Below are positions 1 to 8,235 of a DNA stretch of 40,940 bases, piece after piece. Both the position numbers and the translations under genes were made by a program. A model generated the notes under the pieces. That model saw only the letters and a list, made by a program, of their open reading frames with translations, was not told the DNA's origin and ran no database searches. The stretch lies in sequence record NC_015719.1; one strand, written 5' to 3'. Source of the DNA: Escherichia phage K30. Position 1 is the first letter of the stretch, and each line of letters opens with the position of its first letter.

Positions 1-193
1 TCTCACAGTTTACACTTTTGGTTATCCCCCGGTACCCTCTAAGTTAGCCCAAAGTAACCATAGGCCACCCTAAACCTTCGGTTTAACCTTAGGTTGGACT
101 GTTGGGAACCTTGGGTGATACTATATGTAGTGGTTAGTGTGACCTTGGGATACTATATGTTGATCTCTCTGTATCCCTATCTGTTGGTACTCT

Positions 194-224
194 CTAAGTA
201 TCCACTAAGTATCCACTAAGTAAC
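194..224. repeat. Tandem 11-bp repeat CTAAGTATCCA (about 2.7 copies)
   Basis: Read directly: ctaagtatcca ctaagtatcca ctaagtaac; position is analogous to the short repeats next to the T7 left terminal repeat. Confidence 0.7.
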
Positions 225-334
225 AACCTGAGGTTAGACCTGAGGACATCCATCGACACTATACCTAAGGTTAACTATGCGTCTAACGTTTAGTTACTAT
301 AAGGCTATTGGTGACCATTGTCCATACACCAATC

Positions 335-357
335 AATTAGGTCACACTATAGGGAGA
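335..357 (+). promoter_or_regulatory. Phage RNAP promoter (phiOL-like), aattaggtcacactatagggaga
   Basis: Matches the 23-bp consensus shared by the other 12 promoters; +1 G at about 352. Confidence 0.8.
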
Positions 358-459
358 CACTTAAAGTATTACTAAGAGACCTTTACCATAAAACTACTAT
401 CACTATAGGTCTAACTATAAGACTAACTATAGGTCTAACTAAAAGTTTAACTTTAGGTG

Positions 460-488
460 TTGACATTCAGCTTACGCTATGAGACATT
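460..488 (+). promoter_or_regulatory. Candidate host sigma70 early promoter (T7 A1-like)
   Basis: TTGACA at 460-465, 17-bp spacer, weak -10 GACATT; aligns with the T7 A1 region from memory. Confidence 0.35.
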
Positions 489-593
489 AGCAACCGTTGA
501 GAGACACAACGTCACCAACAACCAGACAATACCGCGAGTTATCTGGTTAGACTGAAGGTCTCAAGTAGTCATCAACCGGACATACGAAAGTGG

Positions 594-622
594 TTGACTC
601 AACGATGAACAAGTAGTAAGAT
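594..622 (+). promoter_or_regulatory. Candidate host sigma70 early promoter (T7 A2/A3-like)
   Basis: TTGACT at 594-599, 17-bp spacer, -10 TAAGAT at 617-622; resembles T7 A3. Confidence 0.45.
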
Positions 623-723
623 GTACCACAGATTCACAGCAACGAAGTACCGCTACCTAGTAGCATCGCTCTTTAACAATATAGTTTGTGTCTTGATAGG
701 CTTACTCACAAAGGTGAACTATT

Positions 724-888
724 ATGACTAACGCACAACGTAAACGCTATGAAGCATTACAAGAGAAACTTGCTGTTGCTTATGCCGCTTGGCAAGCTAA
801 CACAGACAAGAGCAAACACGATAAACTTTACAGTAAAGTGGTTGCAATTAATGCTAAAATAGATAAACTTGTGAATAGTACCTTATAA
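724..888 (+). CDS. Hypothetical small early protein (54 aa, MTNAQRKRYEALQEKL...)
   Basis: ORF below the track threshold; ATG preceded by aaaggtga; lies downstream of the host-type promoters and is flanked by inverted repeats. Confidence 0.35.
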   Translation: MTNAQRKRYEALQEKLAVAYAAWQANTDKSKHDKLYSKVVAINAKIDKLVNSTL

Positions 889-1109
889 GATAGTTGCTGG
901 CACTAGCCGGCCTATCAAGGCACAAACCAAGCTCTTTAACAATTTGGATTAGTCGCTGATATGTATACCACCGCAATAGTGTTTAACTAGTGGTCACATT
1001 CAGGTCTCTGGCAAGGTACGCCCTGCCACCCTGATGGTTAGGCATTGCGCCTAATGAGAGTGACCATAATGATAACCACTAACTATCAATTAACTGAAGG
1101 ATATACACC

Positions 1110-1460
1110 ATGGAACGTAATGCTAACGCTTACTATGAACTTTTGGCAGCCACTGTTGAAGCATTCAACGAGCACATTCAGTACGATAAACTCACCGAGG
1201 ATGATGACTGGTATGATGCACTGCACGAGGTGGTAGACAGTCATGTTCCGCACTATTACCACGAGATTTTCACGGTGATGGCTGCCGATGGTATTGATCA
1301 CGAGTTCGATGACTCAGATCTCATTCCTGACACCAAGGATGTAAGCCGAATCTGTCAAGCACGCATCTATGAGGCACTCTATAATGACATATTGAACGAC
1401 TCTAGAGTCATCTGGTGTGAGCAGGGTGAAGATGATGAAGAGGACGACTATAATGATTAA
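1110..1460 (+). CDS. ocr: Ocr-like DNA-mimic anti-restriction protein (T7 gene 0.3)
   Basis: 116 aa, very acidic; recalled similarity to T7 Ocr (VPHYY..IF.VMA..GID.EF.DS.L.PDTKDV.RI.QARIYE); first gene after the early promoters. Confidence 0.85.
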   Translation: MERNANAYYELLAATVEAFNEHIQYDKLTEDDDWYDALHEVVDSHVPHYYHEIFTVMAADGIDHEFDDSDLIPDTKDVSRICQARIYEALYNDILNDSRVIWCEQGEDDEEDDYND

Positions 1461-1635
1461 GTATGGCATCACTCAGCAGGACATGCAGGAATACCGCAGC
1501 GCCTTTAAGACCGCTTGCGAGTGCACTGCTGGTATGCCTGAAGCAAAAGCCGACTGGTTCGGCTACTACATGGCCCAAATGGCCCAGACCTATCGCACAC
1601 GCAAGGTAATGTATGATAACCCTGTTCGTAATTAG
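1453..1635 (+). CDS. Hypothetical early protein (gene 0.4-0.6 class)
   Basis: ORF with GAGGA upstream of the ATG; overlaps the ocr stop; no recognised homolog. Confidence 0.4.
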   Translation: MIKYGITQQDMQEYRSAFKTACECTAGMPEAKADWFGYYMAQMAQTYRTRKVMYDNPVRN

Positions 1636-1810
1636 CGTATACGCCCTGATTGTCCTGTACTTTGTGCGGGACTTTCGCAAGGGTCTCAAAGTGCACAAAG
1701 CATCATTCAGTTACCTGAAGTGGGGCTTCTTGCCTCGCTTTACTGTACGGCTGCCTAATGGCCGCTTTAAGGCAAACAAAGTGGGGATATTCTATGTCGC
1801 AACATACTAA
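1613..1810 (+). CDS. Hypothetical small early protein with hydrophobic N-terminus
   Basis: 65-aa ORF; N-terminal ITLFVISVYALIVLYFV suggests a transmembrane helix; AAGG upstream. Confidence 0.3.
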   Translation: MITLFVISVYALIVLYFVRDFRKGLKVHKASFSYLKWGFLPRFTVRLPNGRFKANKVGIFYVATY

Positions 1811-2027
1811 CCTGAAGAAAGCATTCAAGATTGCACGGATGGCGATGGCGTACGGCGCCGGGGAGAGGCGCACAAAGAGAATACTCGCGGCAGGTGCTGG
1901 AAGATTGCCAGCTAGACAACGTAAATGGGTAATGCAGCAAGTATACACGGAGTTATATCACCCTCAGCGTATACCGGATGATTGTATATGGTCATCTGTG
2001 GGCTGGAAACGAGTAGTAATTAACTAA
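1794..2027 (+). CDS. Hypothetical basic early protein
   Basis: ORF track 1758..2027; internal ATG at 1794 has a better-placed purine-rich stretch; start is uncertain. Confidence 0.3.
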   Translation: MSQHTNLKKAFKIARMAMAYGAGERRTKRILAAGAGRLPARQRKWVMQQVYTELYHPQRIPDDCIWSSVGWKRVVIN

Positions 2028-2052
2028 CTAACTAACACAAGGAAACAACCTA

Positions 2053-3057
2053 ATGAACTACACCGACATGCAAGCACGCTTAGACGTCATCCGCAACCTG
2101 CCAATCTGTGAACTTGACAAGCGCCAGCCGCTGCTGGTATCACTCATCGCAAACATCGTGAACTACGAGACGTCTGACGGTGACGATACGGACAGCAATT
2201 GGGGTCTTGAAAGTCAGGGCTACTGGCAAACCTTGAAGATTAAGGCTAAAGACGCTGGGTTTAACCTGCTGGGTAATGGCCACTTCAGCGCGGCGTTTAA
2301 GCACGAGCTACTGCCGGGCAAGGTCATTAAGGTTGGCTTTAAGAAAGAAGACTCAGGGGCCGCCTATGTGGCTTTCTGTCGGATGCACCAAGGTCGGGTA
2401 GGGATACCTAATGTCTATCACGTAGCGCGTCACGCTGGCTGCTATACGGTGGTACTTGATGAGCTGGAACCATGTCAGCGCCGTGATAACCATAAGCACG
2501 ACCATTATGCAGACCTTGCGTATTACTTTGTCGAGGGAGAACCAGACCCAGAGGTATACGCGAAGGATGATCTACCATTCATCGAGACGTGCCAGATGAT
2601 TCGTAAGTTCTTCTACGGGATTGCATCATTTGATATGCATAGTGGCAACATTATGTTTACACCGGATGGTAAACCAGTGATTACCGACCCAGTGTCATTC
2701 TCAGCGGACCGGGACCGCAAGCCTTTCTCGCTGGAGCCTGAGGGCCTGCTCGCAGAGATTGAGCAGATAGCGCACGACAAGATGATTGAACGCTGTAAGC
2801 GTAACAAGGCCAAACGTGACCGTGACAGTACGCTGTGTCGTGCCCGTAGAGCAAACAACAAGGCCCGTAGAAACCGCGCTAAAGCAGCCGCGCGATGGCG
2901 GAAGGAGCGGGAAAAGCGTGTTGCCGAGCGCTTTAAGTATGACCTTGCGAAAATCGAGGAGCGCGTTCTAGCGTGGCAAGTGGGACCCGGCCTAGCAATA
3001 CAACAAGGCAAGCCGCTACCAATCGACAACTACCTTCAAGGTAGACTTATGGGTTAA
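2053..3057 (+). CDS. 0.7: Serine/threonine protein kinase, host shut-off (T7 gene 0.7)
   Basis: 334 aa; recalled strong similarity to T7 gp0.7 (LPICELDKRQ, AGF..LGNGHFSAA, KVGFKKEDSGAAY.AFCRM, FDMHSGNIMF); synteny. Confidence 0.9.
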   Translation: MNYTDMQARLDVIRNLPICELDKRQPLLVSLIANIVNYETSDGDDTDSNWGLESQGYWQTLKIKAKDAGFNLLGNGHFSAAFKHELLPGKVIKVGFKKEDSGAAYVAFCRMHQGRVGIPNVYHVARHAGCYTVVLDELEPCQRRDNHKHDHYADLAYYFVEGEPDPEVYAKDDLPFIETCQMIRKFFYGIASFDMHSGNIMFTPDGKPVITDPVSFSADRDRKPFSLEPEGLLAEIEQIAHDKMIERCKRNKAKRDRDSTLCRARRANNKARRNRAKAAARWRKEREKRVAERFKYDLAKIEERVLAWQVGPGLAIQQGKPLPIDNYLQGRLMG

Positions 3058-3070
3058 CGAGGTGTATCTT

Positions 3071-3094
3071 AGGTGCCTCCACCGCGAGGCACCT
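3071..3094 (+). promoter_or_regulatory. Perfect 9-bp stem-loop upstream of gene 1 (possible R1-type processing site)
   Basis: aggtgcctc / caccgc / gaggcacct read directly; no T-run follows, so not a classic intrinsic terminator. Confidence 0.35.
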
Positions 3095-3144
3095 ATAGAT
3101 AAACTTTATTCACCGCCAGTTTACTGGCACCAAAGAGGCACACA

Positions 3145-5865
3145 ATGAACGCATTAAACATTGCACGTAATGACTTCTCAGAGATTGAACTGGCCGCTAT
3201 TCCGTACAACATCCTCAGTGAGCACTACGGGGACAGACTGGCACGTGAGCAGTTAGCACTGGAGCACGAAGCGTACGAGCTGGGCGAACAGCGTTTCCTG
3301 AAGATGTTAGAACGTCAGGTTAAAGCTGGTGAGTTCGCCGACAACGTGGCCGCTAAGCCGCTGGTCTTAACGCTGCACCCACAGCTAACCAAACGCATCG
3401 ACGATTGGAAGGAGGAGCAAGCAAACGCTCGCGGCAAGAAGCCTCGCGCATACTACCCGATTAAGCACGGCGTTGCCTCAGAGTTAGCCCTTAGCATGGG
3501 AGCTGAGGTACTCAATGAGAAGCGTGGAGTGTCCAGTGAGGCTATCGCACTGCTGACCATTAAGGTCGTCTTAGGGACGCTCACAGACGCCTCTAAAGCC
3601 ACCATCCAGCAAGTATCCTCGCAGTTAGGCAAGGCGCTTGAGGATGAGGCCCGCTTCGGTCGTATCCGTGAGCAGGAGGCTTCCTACTTCAAGAAGAACG
3701 TAGCGGACCAGCTGGACAAGCGTGTGGGTCACGTGTACAAGAAGGCTTTCATGCAGGTCGTCGAGGCCGATATGATTTCCAAGGGGATGCTAGGCGGTGA
3801 CAACTGGTCCAGCTGGAAGACCGACGAGCAGATGCACGTTGGGACCAAGCTACTGGAACTACTCATTGAGGGCACTGGTCTGGTGGAAATGACCAAGAAC
3901 AAGATGGCCGATGGCTCTGACGATGTGACCAGCATGCAAATGGTCCAGCTGGCTCCAGCCTTCGTGGAACTACTGAGTAAACGAGCGGGAGCACTCGCAG
4001 GAATCAGCCCAATGTACCAACCGTGCGTAGTCCCTCCGAAACCTTGGGTTGAAACCGTGGGAGGTGGCTACTGGTCTGTAGGTCGTCGTCCGCTGGCACT
4101 GGTGCGTACCCACTCCAAGAAGGCACTGCGTCGCTACGAAGACGTTCACATGCCAGAGGTATACAAAGCGGTCAACCTCGCGCAGAACACACCGTGGAAG
4201 GTAAACAAGAAGGTACTGGCGGTAGTCAATGAGATTATCAACTGGAAGCACTGCCCGGTGGGTGACGTCCCAGCGATTGAACGCGAAGAGCTACCACCAC
4301 GCCCGGACGATATCGACACCAACGAGGTGGCACGTAAGGCTTGGCGCAAGGAGGCCGCAGCGGTTTACCGTAAGGACAAGGCCCGCCAGTCTCGCCGCTT
4401 GTCGATGGAGTTCATGGTCGCACAGGCCAACAAGTTCGCTAACCACAAGGCCATCTGGTTCCCGTACAACATGGACTGGCGTGGTCGTGTGTACGCTGTG
4501 AGCATGTTTAACCCACAGGGTAATGATATGACCAAGGGTATGCTGACATTGGCCAAAGGTAAGCCAATCGGTCTCGATGGGTTCTACTGGCTGAAGATTC
4601 ATGGTGCAAACTGTGCAGGCGTCGATAAGGTTCCTTTCCCTGAGCGCATCAAGTTCATCGAAGAGAACGAGGCCAACATTCTAGCGAGTGCAGCCGACCC
4701 GCTGAATAACACTTGGTGGACCCAGCAAGATTCACCGTTCTGTTTCTTAGCGTTCTGCTTTGAGTATGCAGGGGTAAAACATCACGGCCTGAATTATAAC
4801 TGTTCGCTGCCACTGGCGTTCGATGGGTCCTGCTCTGGGATTCAGCACTTCAGCGCAATGCTCCGCGATTCTATCGGTGGTCGTGCTGTTAACCTGCTGC
4901 CTTCTGATACCGTGCAGGATATCTACAAGATTGTTGCCGACAAGGTTAATGAGGTACTCCACCAGCACGTTATCAACGGGTCTCAGACGGTGGTCGAGCA
5001 GATTGCTGATAAGGAGACTGGTGAGTTCCGCGAGAAGGTAATGTTGGGCGAGTCTGTACTAGCTGCTCAATGGTTACAATACGGGGTGACCCGCAAGGTG
5101 ACCAAGCGTTCTGTCATGACGTTGGCGTATGGTTCCAAAGAGTTTGGCTTCCGCCAGCAAGTTCTGGAAGATACCATTCAGCCCGCTATCGACAATGGTG
5201 AGGGCCTGATGTTTACGCACCCTAACCAAGCGGCTGGCTACATGGCTAAGCTGATTTGGGACGCTGTGACCGTGACCGTAGTAGCCGCTGTCGAGGCGAT
5301 GAACTGGCTGAAGTCTGCTGCTAAACTGCTTGCCGCTGAAGTCAAGGATAAGAAGACCAAGGAGGTACTTCGTAAGCGTTGCGCAATCCACTGGGTAACA
5401 CCAGATGGCTTCCCAGTGTGGCAAGAGTACCGCAAGCAGAATCAAGCGCGCCTGAAGCTGGTCTTCCTAGGTCAAGCCAACGTTAAGATGACGTACAACA
5501 CCGGGAAGGACTCAGAGATTGACGCTCACAAGCAGGAATCTGGTATCGCTCCTAACTTTGTACACTCGCAAGACGGTAGTCACCTTCGCATGACCGTAGT
5601 ACATGCCAACGAGGTCTACGGGATTGACTCCTTCGCACTCATCCATGACTCCTTCGGGACCATTCCGGCAGACGCTGGGAATCTCTTTAAGGCAGTCCGT
5701 GAGACGATGGTAAAGACCTACGAGGACAACGATGTAATCGCTGACTTCTACAACCAGTTCGCTGACCAGCTGCACGAGTCTCAGCTTGACAAGATGCCAG
5801 CGGTACCAGCCAAAGGTGACCTTAATCTGCGTGATATCTTAGAGTCTGACTTTGCGTTTGCGTAA
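3145..5865 (+). CDS. 1: Single-subunit DNA-directed RNA polymerase (T7 gene 1)
   Basis: 906 aa; colinear recalled similarity to T7 RNAP across the whole length; C-terminal ...ILESDFAFA. Confidence 0.98.
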   Translation: MNALNIARNDFSEIELAAIPYNILSEHYGDRLAREQLALEHEAYELGEQRFLKMLERQVKAGEFADNVAAKPLVLTLHPQLTKRIDDWKEEQANARGKKPRAYYPIKHGVASELALSMGAEVLNEKRGVSSEAIALLTIKVVLGTLTDASKATIQQVSSQLGKALEDEARFGRIREQEASYFKKNVADQLDKRVGHVYKKAFMQVVEADMISKGMLGGDNWSSWKTDEQMHVGTKLLELLIEGTGLVEMTKNKMADGSDDVTSMQMVQLAPAFVELLSKRAGALAGISPMYQPCVVPPKPWVETVGGGYWSVGRRPLALVRTHSKKALRRYEDVHMPEVYKAVNLAQNTPWKVNKKVLAVVNEIINWKHCPVGDVPAIEREELPPRPDDIDTNEVARKAWRKEAAAVYRKDKARQSRRLSMEFMVAQANKFANHKAIWFPYNMDWRGRVYAVSMFNPQGNDMTKGMLTLAKGKPIGLDGFYWLKIHGANCAGVDKVPFPERIKFIEENEANILASAADPLNNTWWTQQDSPFCFLAFCFEYAGVKHHGLNYNCSLPLAFDGSCSGIQHFSAMLRDSIGGRAVNLLPSDTVQDIYKIVADKVNEVLHQHVINGSQTVVEQIADKETGEFREKVMLGESVLAAQWLQYGVTRKVTKRSVMTLAYGSKEFGFRQQVLEDTIQPAIDNGEGLMFTHPNQAAGYMAKLIWDAVTVTVVAAVEAMNWLKSAAKLLAAEVKDKKTKEVLRKRCAIHWVTPDGFPVWQEYRKQNQARLKLVFLGQANVKMTYNTGKDSEIDAHKQESGIAPNFVHSQDGSHLRMTVVHANEVYGIDSFALIHDSFGTIPADAGNLFKAVRETMVKTYEDNDVIADFYNQFADQLHESQLDKMPAVPAKGDLNLRDILESDFAFA

Positions 5866-5875
5866 GGTCTCAGGC

Positions 5876-5898
5876 AATTAGGGCACACTATAGGGAAC
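5876..5898 (+). promoter_or_regulatory. Phage RNAP promoter (phi1.1A-like), aattagggcacactatagggaac
   Basis: Consensus match; followed by AT-rich repeats of acttaaag. Confidence 0.85.
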
Positions 5899-5963
5899 CT
5901 TCGAACGACCGAGGTTTCCATTACTTAAAGTCTTAACTTAAAGAATACTTAAAGAGGCACACC

Positions 5964-6524
5964 ATGACTTACTCAATCGTTGTAACCATCTTGTTAATCA
6001 TCACCACAACGCTCTTCATTGTGAGTCTTCGCAATGCAATACGCAACGAAGAACTATTGGGGCGTTTGATTCAAGAAGCAAACTCCCAGCTTAGTGATGC
6101 GTCGACCAAGGTTCTTCGACTGACGGACAAGGCTAACTTCCTTGGTAAACAGGTGCGTTACTTAGAGAGTGAACTTGAGGAAGAAAAGCAGAAGGTGCTA
6201 GATGTGTACGAACTACGGAAGCGACAGCGGGACCGCATGAAGTTCCTGAGCAAGTCTCTTAAGGAAGCCCAAGATGAGCTGATGATGGTCTCTGACCTGA
6301 TTCACGTTAAGTTCACCGCTGTGTTACCTGATGGCACTCGCTCTAAGACTCTCTTTAAGTTAGGACTTGGACCTTGTGGTCTACACGTTAAGTCCCTTCG
6401 CTGGACTGAGCTAGACGACCGCTATCTGATAGACCAGCTGTGCACCAACGGCGAGCGCAAGCAGTTCACTTACTTTAAGAGCGAAGTAGTAGGGCGTATC
6501 GAGTTCCGCCACGGTAAGGTTTAA
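5964..6524 (+). CDS. Hypothetical membrane-anchored coiled-coil protein (gene 1.05 position)
   Basis: 186 aa; N-terminal hydrophobic helix, heptad-like charged stretch, about 80-aa C-terminal domain; AAAGAGG RBS; sits between two phage promoters. Confidence 0.6.
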   Translation: MTYSIVVTILLIITTTLFIVSLRNAIRNEELLGRLIQEANSQLSDASTKVLRLTDKANFLGKQVRYLESELEEEKQKVLDVYELRKRQRDRMKFLSKSLKEAQDELMMVSDLIHVKFTAVLPDGTRSKTLFKLGLGPCGLHVKSLRWTELDDRYLIDQLCTNGERKQFTYFKSEVVGRIEFRHGKV

Positions 6525-6545
6525 TTAGGGCACACTATCAGGAAC
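6523..6545 (+). promoter_or_regulatory. Variant phage promoter (phi1.1B-like), aattagggcacactatCAggaac
   Basis: Upstream half matches the consensus exactly; the initiation region is TATCAGG instead of TATAGGG. Confidence 0.55.
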
Positions 6546-6547
6546 AT

Positions 6548-6578
6548 ACTCAAGGTCATCGTTCGGTGGCCTTTATGA
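6548..6578 (+). promoter_or_regulatory. RNase III-type processing hairpin (R1.1-like)
   Basis: actcaaggtcatc-gttc-ggtggcctttatga: 9-bp stem with G:U pairs; same conserved flanks as T7 R1.1 (recalled). Confidence 0.6.
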
Positions 6579-6609
6579 ATGTCCCTAACAACCACTCAGG
6601 AGTAACACC

Positions 6610-6786
6610 ATGTATCAGAACACAATCAACTTTGAGCGCAAACGTGAACGTCAGCAGACTGAGGGTTATATCCCTAAGGGCCGCAAGTTGAACAAGACGA
6701 AGCGCGGTGGTGGCATGAAGGGTTCCTTCCGTAATGCGAAGGGCGACAGTGTTGTCAACCAAGAGAAATACTTCGTAGGAGCATAA
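6610..6786 (+). CDS. 1.1: Gene 1.1-like small basic protein
   Basis: 58 aa; shares KGRKLNKTKR with T7 gp1.1 (recalled); GGAG RBS; not in the ORF track because under 60 aa. Confidence 0.6.
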   Translation: MYQNTINFERKRERQQTEGYIPKGRKLNKTKRGGGMKGSFRNAKGDSVVNQEKYFVGA

Positions 6787-6789
6787 CAA

Positions 6790-7056
6790 ATGGCTGAGCA
6801 AACTAAATGGCTGTTCGATGGTAGCACTTCACAGTGGTCACGATTGGGCGCTACCGAACGAAGACTGACGGATGAGACGGGACTACATGTAATCATGACG
6901 TATATCCATTTCAACCGCACAGTTTTACTCTCCGTGTATGAACCAAGACCAGATTATGACGAGGTACTCATAGAGAAATCCTTCAGTCGCTGGTCGATTG
7001 ACTCAGCGTCAGACTGGCTGGCAAAACTCACAGCCGACTACTCAAGTTGGAAGTAA
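6790..7056 (+). CDS. 1.2: Gene 1.2-like protein (candidate host dGTPase inhibitor)
   Basis: 88 aa; position between 1.1 and ligase; weak recalled similarity at the C-terminus (..DW..K..WK). Confidence 0.55.
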   Translation: MAEQTKWLFDGSTSQWSRLGATERRLTDETGLHVIMTYIHFNRTVLLSVYEPRPDYDEVLIEKSFSRWSIDSASDWLAKLTADYSSWK

Positions 7057-7077
7057 TTAGGACACACTATAGGCAGA
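7055..7077 (+). promoter_or_regulatory. Phage RNAP promoter (phi1.3-like), aattaggacacactataggcaga
   Basis: Consensus match; overlaps the gene 1.2 stop. Confidence 0.8.
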
Positions 7078-7110
7078 CTCAAGGTCATCGGATTCCGGTG
7101 GCCTTTATGA
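7077..7110 (+). promoter_or_regulatory. RNase III-type processing hairpin (R1.3-like)
   Basis: actcaaggtcatcgg-att-ccggtggcctttatga; about 11-bp stem. Confidence 0.6.
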
Positions 7111-7156
7111 TTGCTTATTGCACACTAAATAAATACTACACTTCGGAGACATCATC

Positions 7157-8209
7157 ATGATGAACATTACGACTAATCCATATAAAGCCGTTTCATACGT
7201 ACGCTCTGCTATCGAGAAGGCGCTGGAGACTTCCGGTTACCTCATCGCGGACACTAAGCACGATGGTGTACGCGGGAACATTTGCGTAGACAACACGGCC
7301 AACGCAGCGTGGCTAAGCCGGGTCTCAAAGACCATTCCGGCCCTTGAGCACCTCAACGGTTTCGACCAGCGCTGGCAGCAGTTACTGAAAGATGACCGCT
7401 GGATTTTCCCGGATGGCTTCATGCTTGATGGTGAACTCATGGTCAAAGGTGTGGACTTCAACACTGGGTCTGGCCTGCTGCGTACCAAGTGGCTAAAGGC
7501 TACCAACTACGGGTTCGACTTCGGAGGTGTTCCACCACTGAAGGGTAGCAAGGTAGATTTCTGCCTCGACCCTAAGCAACTAAAAGTTGTTCTGTACGAT
7601 ATCATTCCGCTTGACATTATCGAATCCGGTGATGACTACAACGTGATGACCCTCCTCCGCCTTGAGCACGTCAAGGTAGCCTTACCAGTCCTGCAAGACC
7701 ACTTCCCTGAAGTTGAGTGGTGCCTCTCTGAGTCCCATGAAGTTTACGACATGGACGAACTCGATGCGCTGTACCGACAGAAACGAGGAGAAGGTCATGA
7801 AGGTCTGGTGGTTAAGGACCCTCAGGGTATATATAAGCGCGGTAAGAAGTCCGGCTGGTGGAAACTGAAGCCAGAGAATGAGGCTGACGGTGTAGTAGTT
7901 GGTCTCGTGTGGGGCACTCCCGGTAAGGCCAACGAGGGTAAAGTGATTGGCTTCGAGGTTCTCCTTGAGAGTGGTAGAGTGGTTAACGCTACGAACATCT
8001 CACAGGAACTTATGGATGAGTTCACCTCTCGCGTCAAGGAATACACTACCGAGTGTAATGCTAATGAAGCTGGCTGCTGGTATATGAACCCTTACGAGGG
8101 CTGGGCGTGCCAAATCAAGTACATGGAGGAGACTCCAGACGGTTCTCTGCGTCACCCATCGTTCGATAAATGGCGTGGTAGCGAGGCTGACCCAACCATC
8201 AAGATGTAA
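7157..8209 (+). CDS. 1.3: ATP-dependent DNA ligase (T7 gene 1.3)
   Basis: 350 aa; recalled strong similarity to T7 ligase including the adenylation motif region (IKYDGVRG in T7, TKHDGVRG here) and C-terminal ETPDGSLRHPSF. Confidence 0.95.
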   Translation: MMNITTNPYKAVSYVRSAIEKALETSGYLIADTKHDGVRGNICVDNTANAAWLSRVSKTIPALEHLNGFDQRWQQLLKDDRWIFPDGFMLDGELMVKGVDFNTGSGLLRTKWLKATNYGFDFGGVPPLKGSKVDFCLDPKQLKVVLYDIIPLDIIESGDDYNVMTLLRLEHVKVALPVLQDHFPEVEWCLSESHEVYDMDELDALYRQKRGEGHEGLVVKDPQGIYKRGKKSGWWKLKPENEADGVVVGLVWGTPGKANEGKVIGFEVLLESGRVVNATNISQELMDEFTSRVKEYTTECNANEAGCWYMNPYEGWACQIKYMEETPDGSLRHPSFDKWRGSEADPTIKM

Positions 8210-8230
8210 TTAGGACCCACTATAGGAGAC
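8208..8230 (+). promoter_or_regulatory. Phage RNAP promoter, aattaggacccactataggagac
   Basis: Consensus match; overlaps the ligase stop. Confidence 0.8.
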
Positions 8231-8235
8231 ACCAA

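Larger units (their letters stand above)
1..400. repeat. Left copy of 400-bp direct repeat (terminal redundancy region; begins TCTCACAG like the T7 left end)
   Basis: Positions 1-400 are identical to 40541-40940 by direct reading; the true terminal repeat is probably the first ~160-200 bp. Confidence 0.8.

Noticed and set aside
1-400. Terminal 400-bp direct repeats as ends of an insertion sequence or transposon
   Set aside because: The repeats are direct, not inverted, no transposase or integrase is present, and the arrangement fits phage terminal redundancy or concatemer wrap-around.
395-412. Promoter-like fragment atcactataggtcta
   Set aside because: Contains the CACTATAGG core but lacks the upstream AATTAGGGCACA recognition half, so it is unlikely to be a functional promoter.
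1045-1301. 63-aa + ORF and 71-aa - ORF overlapping the ocr start
   Set aside because: Overlap the well-supported ocr gene in other frames or on the opposite strand; no RBS.
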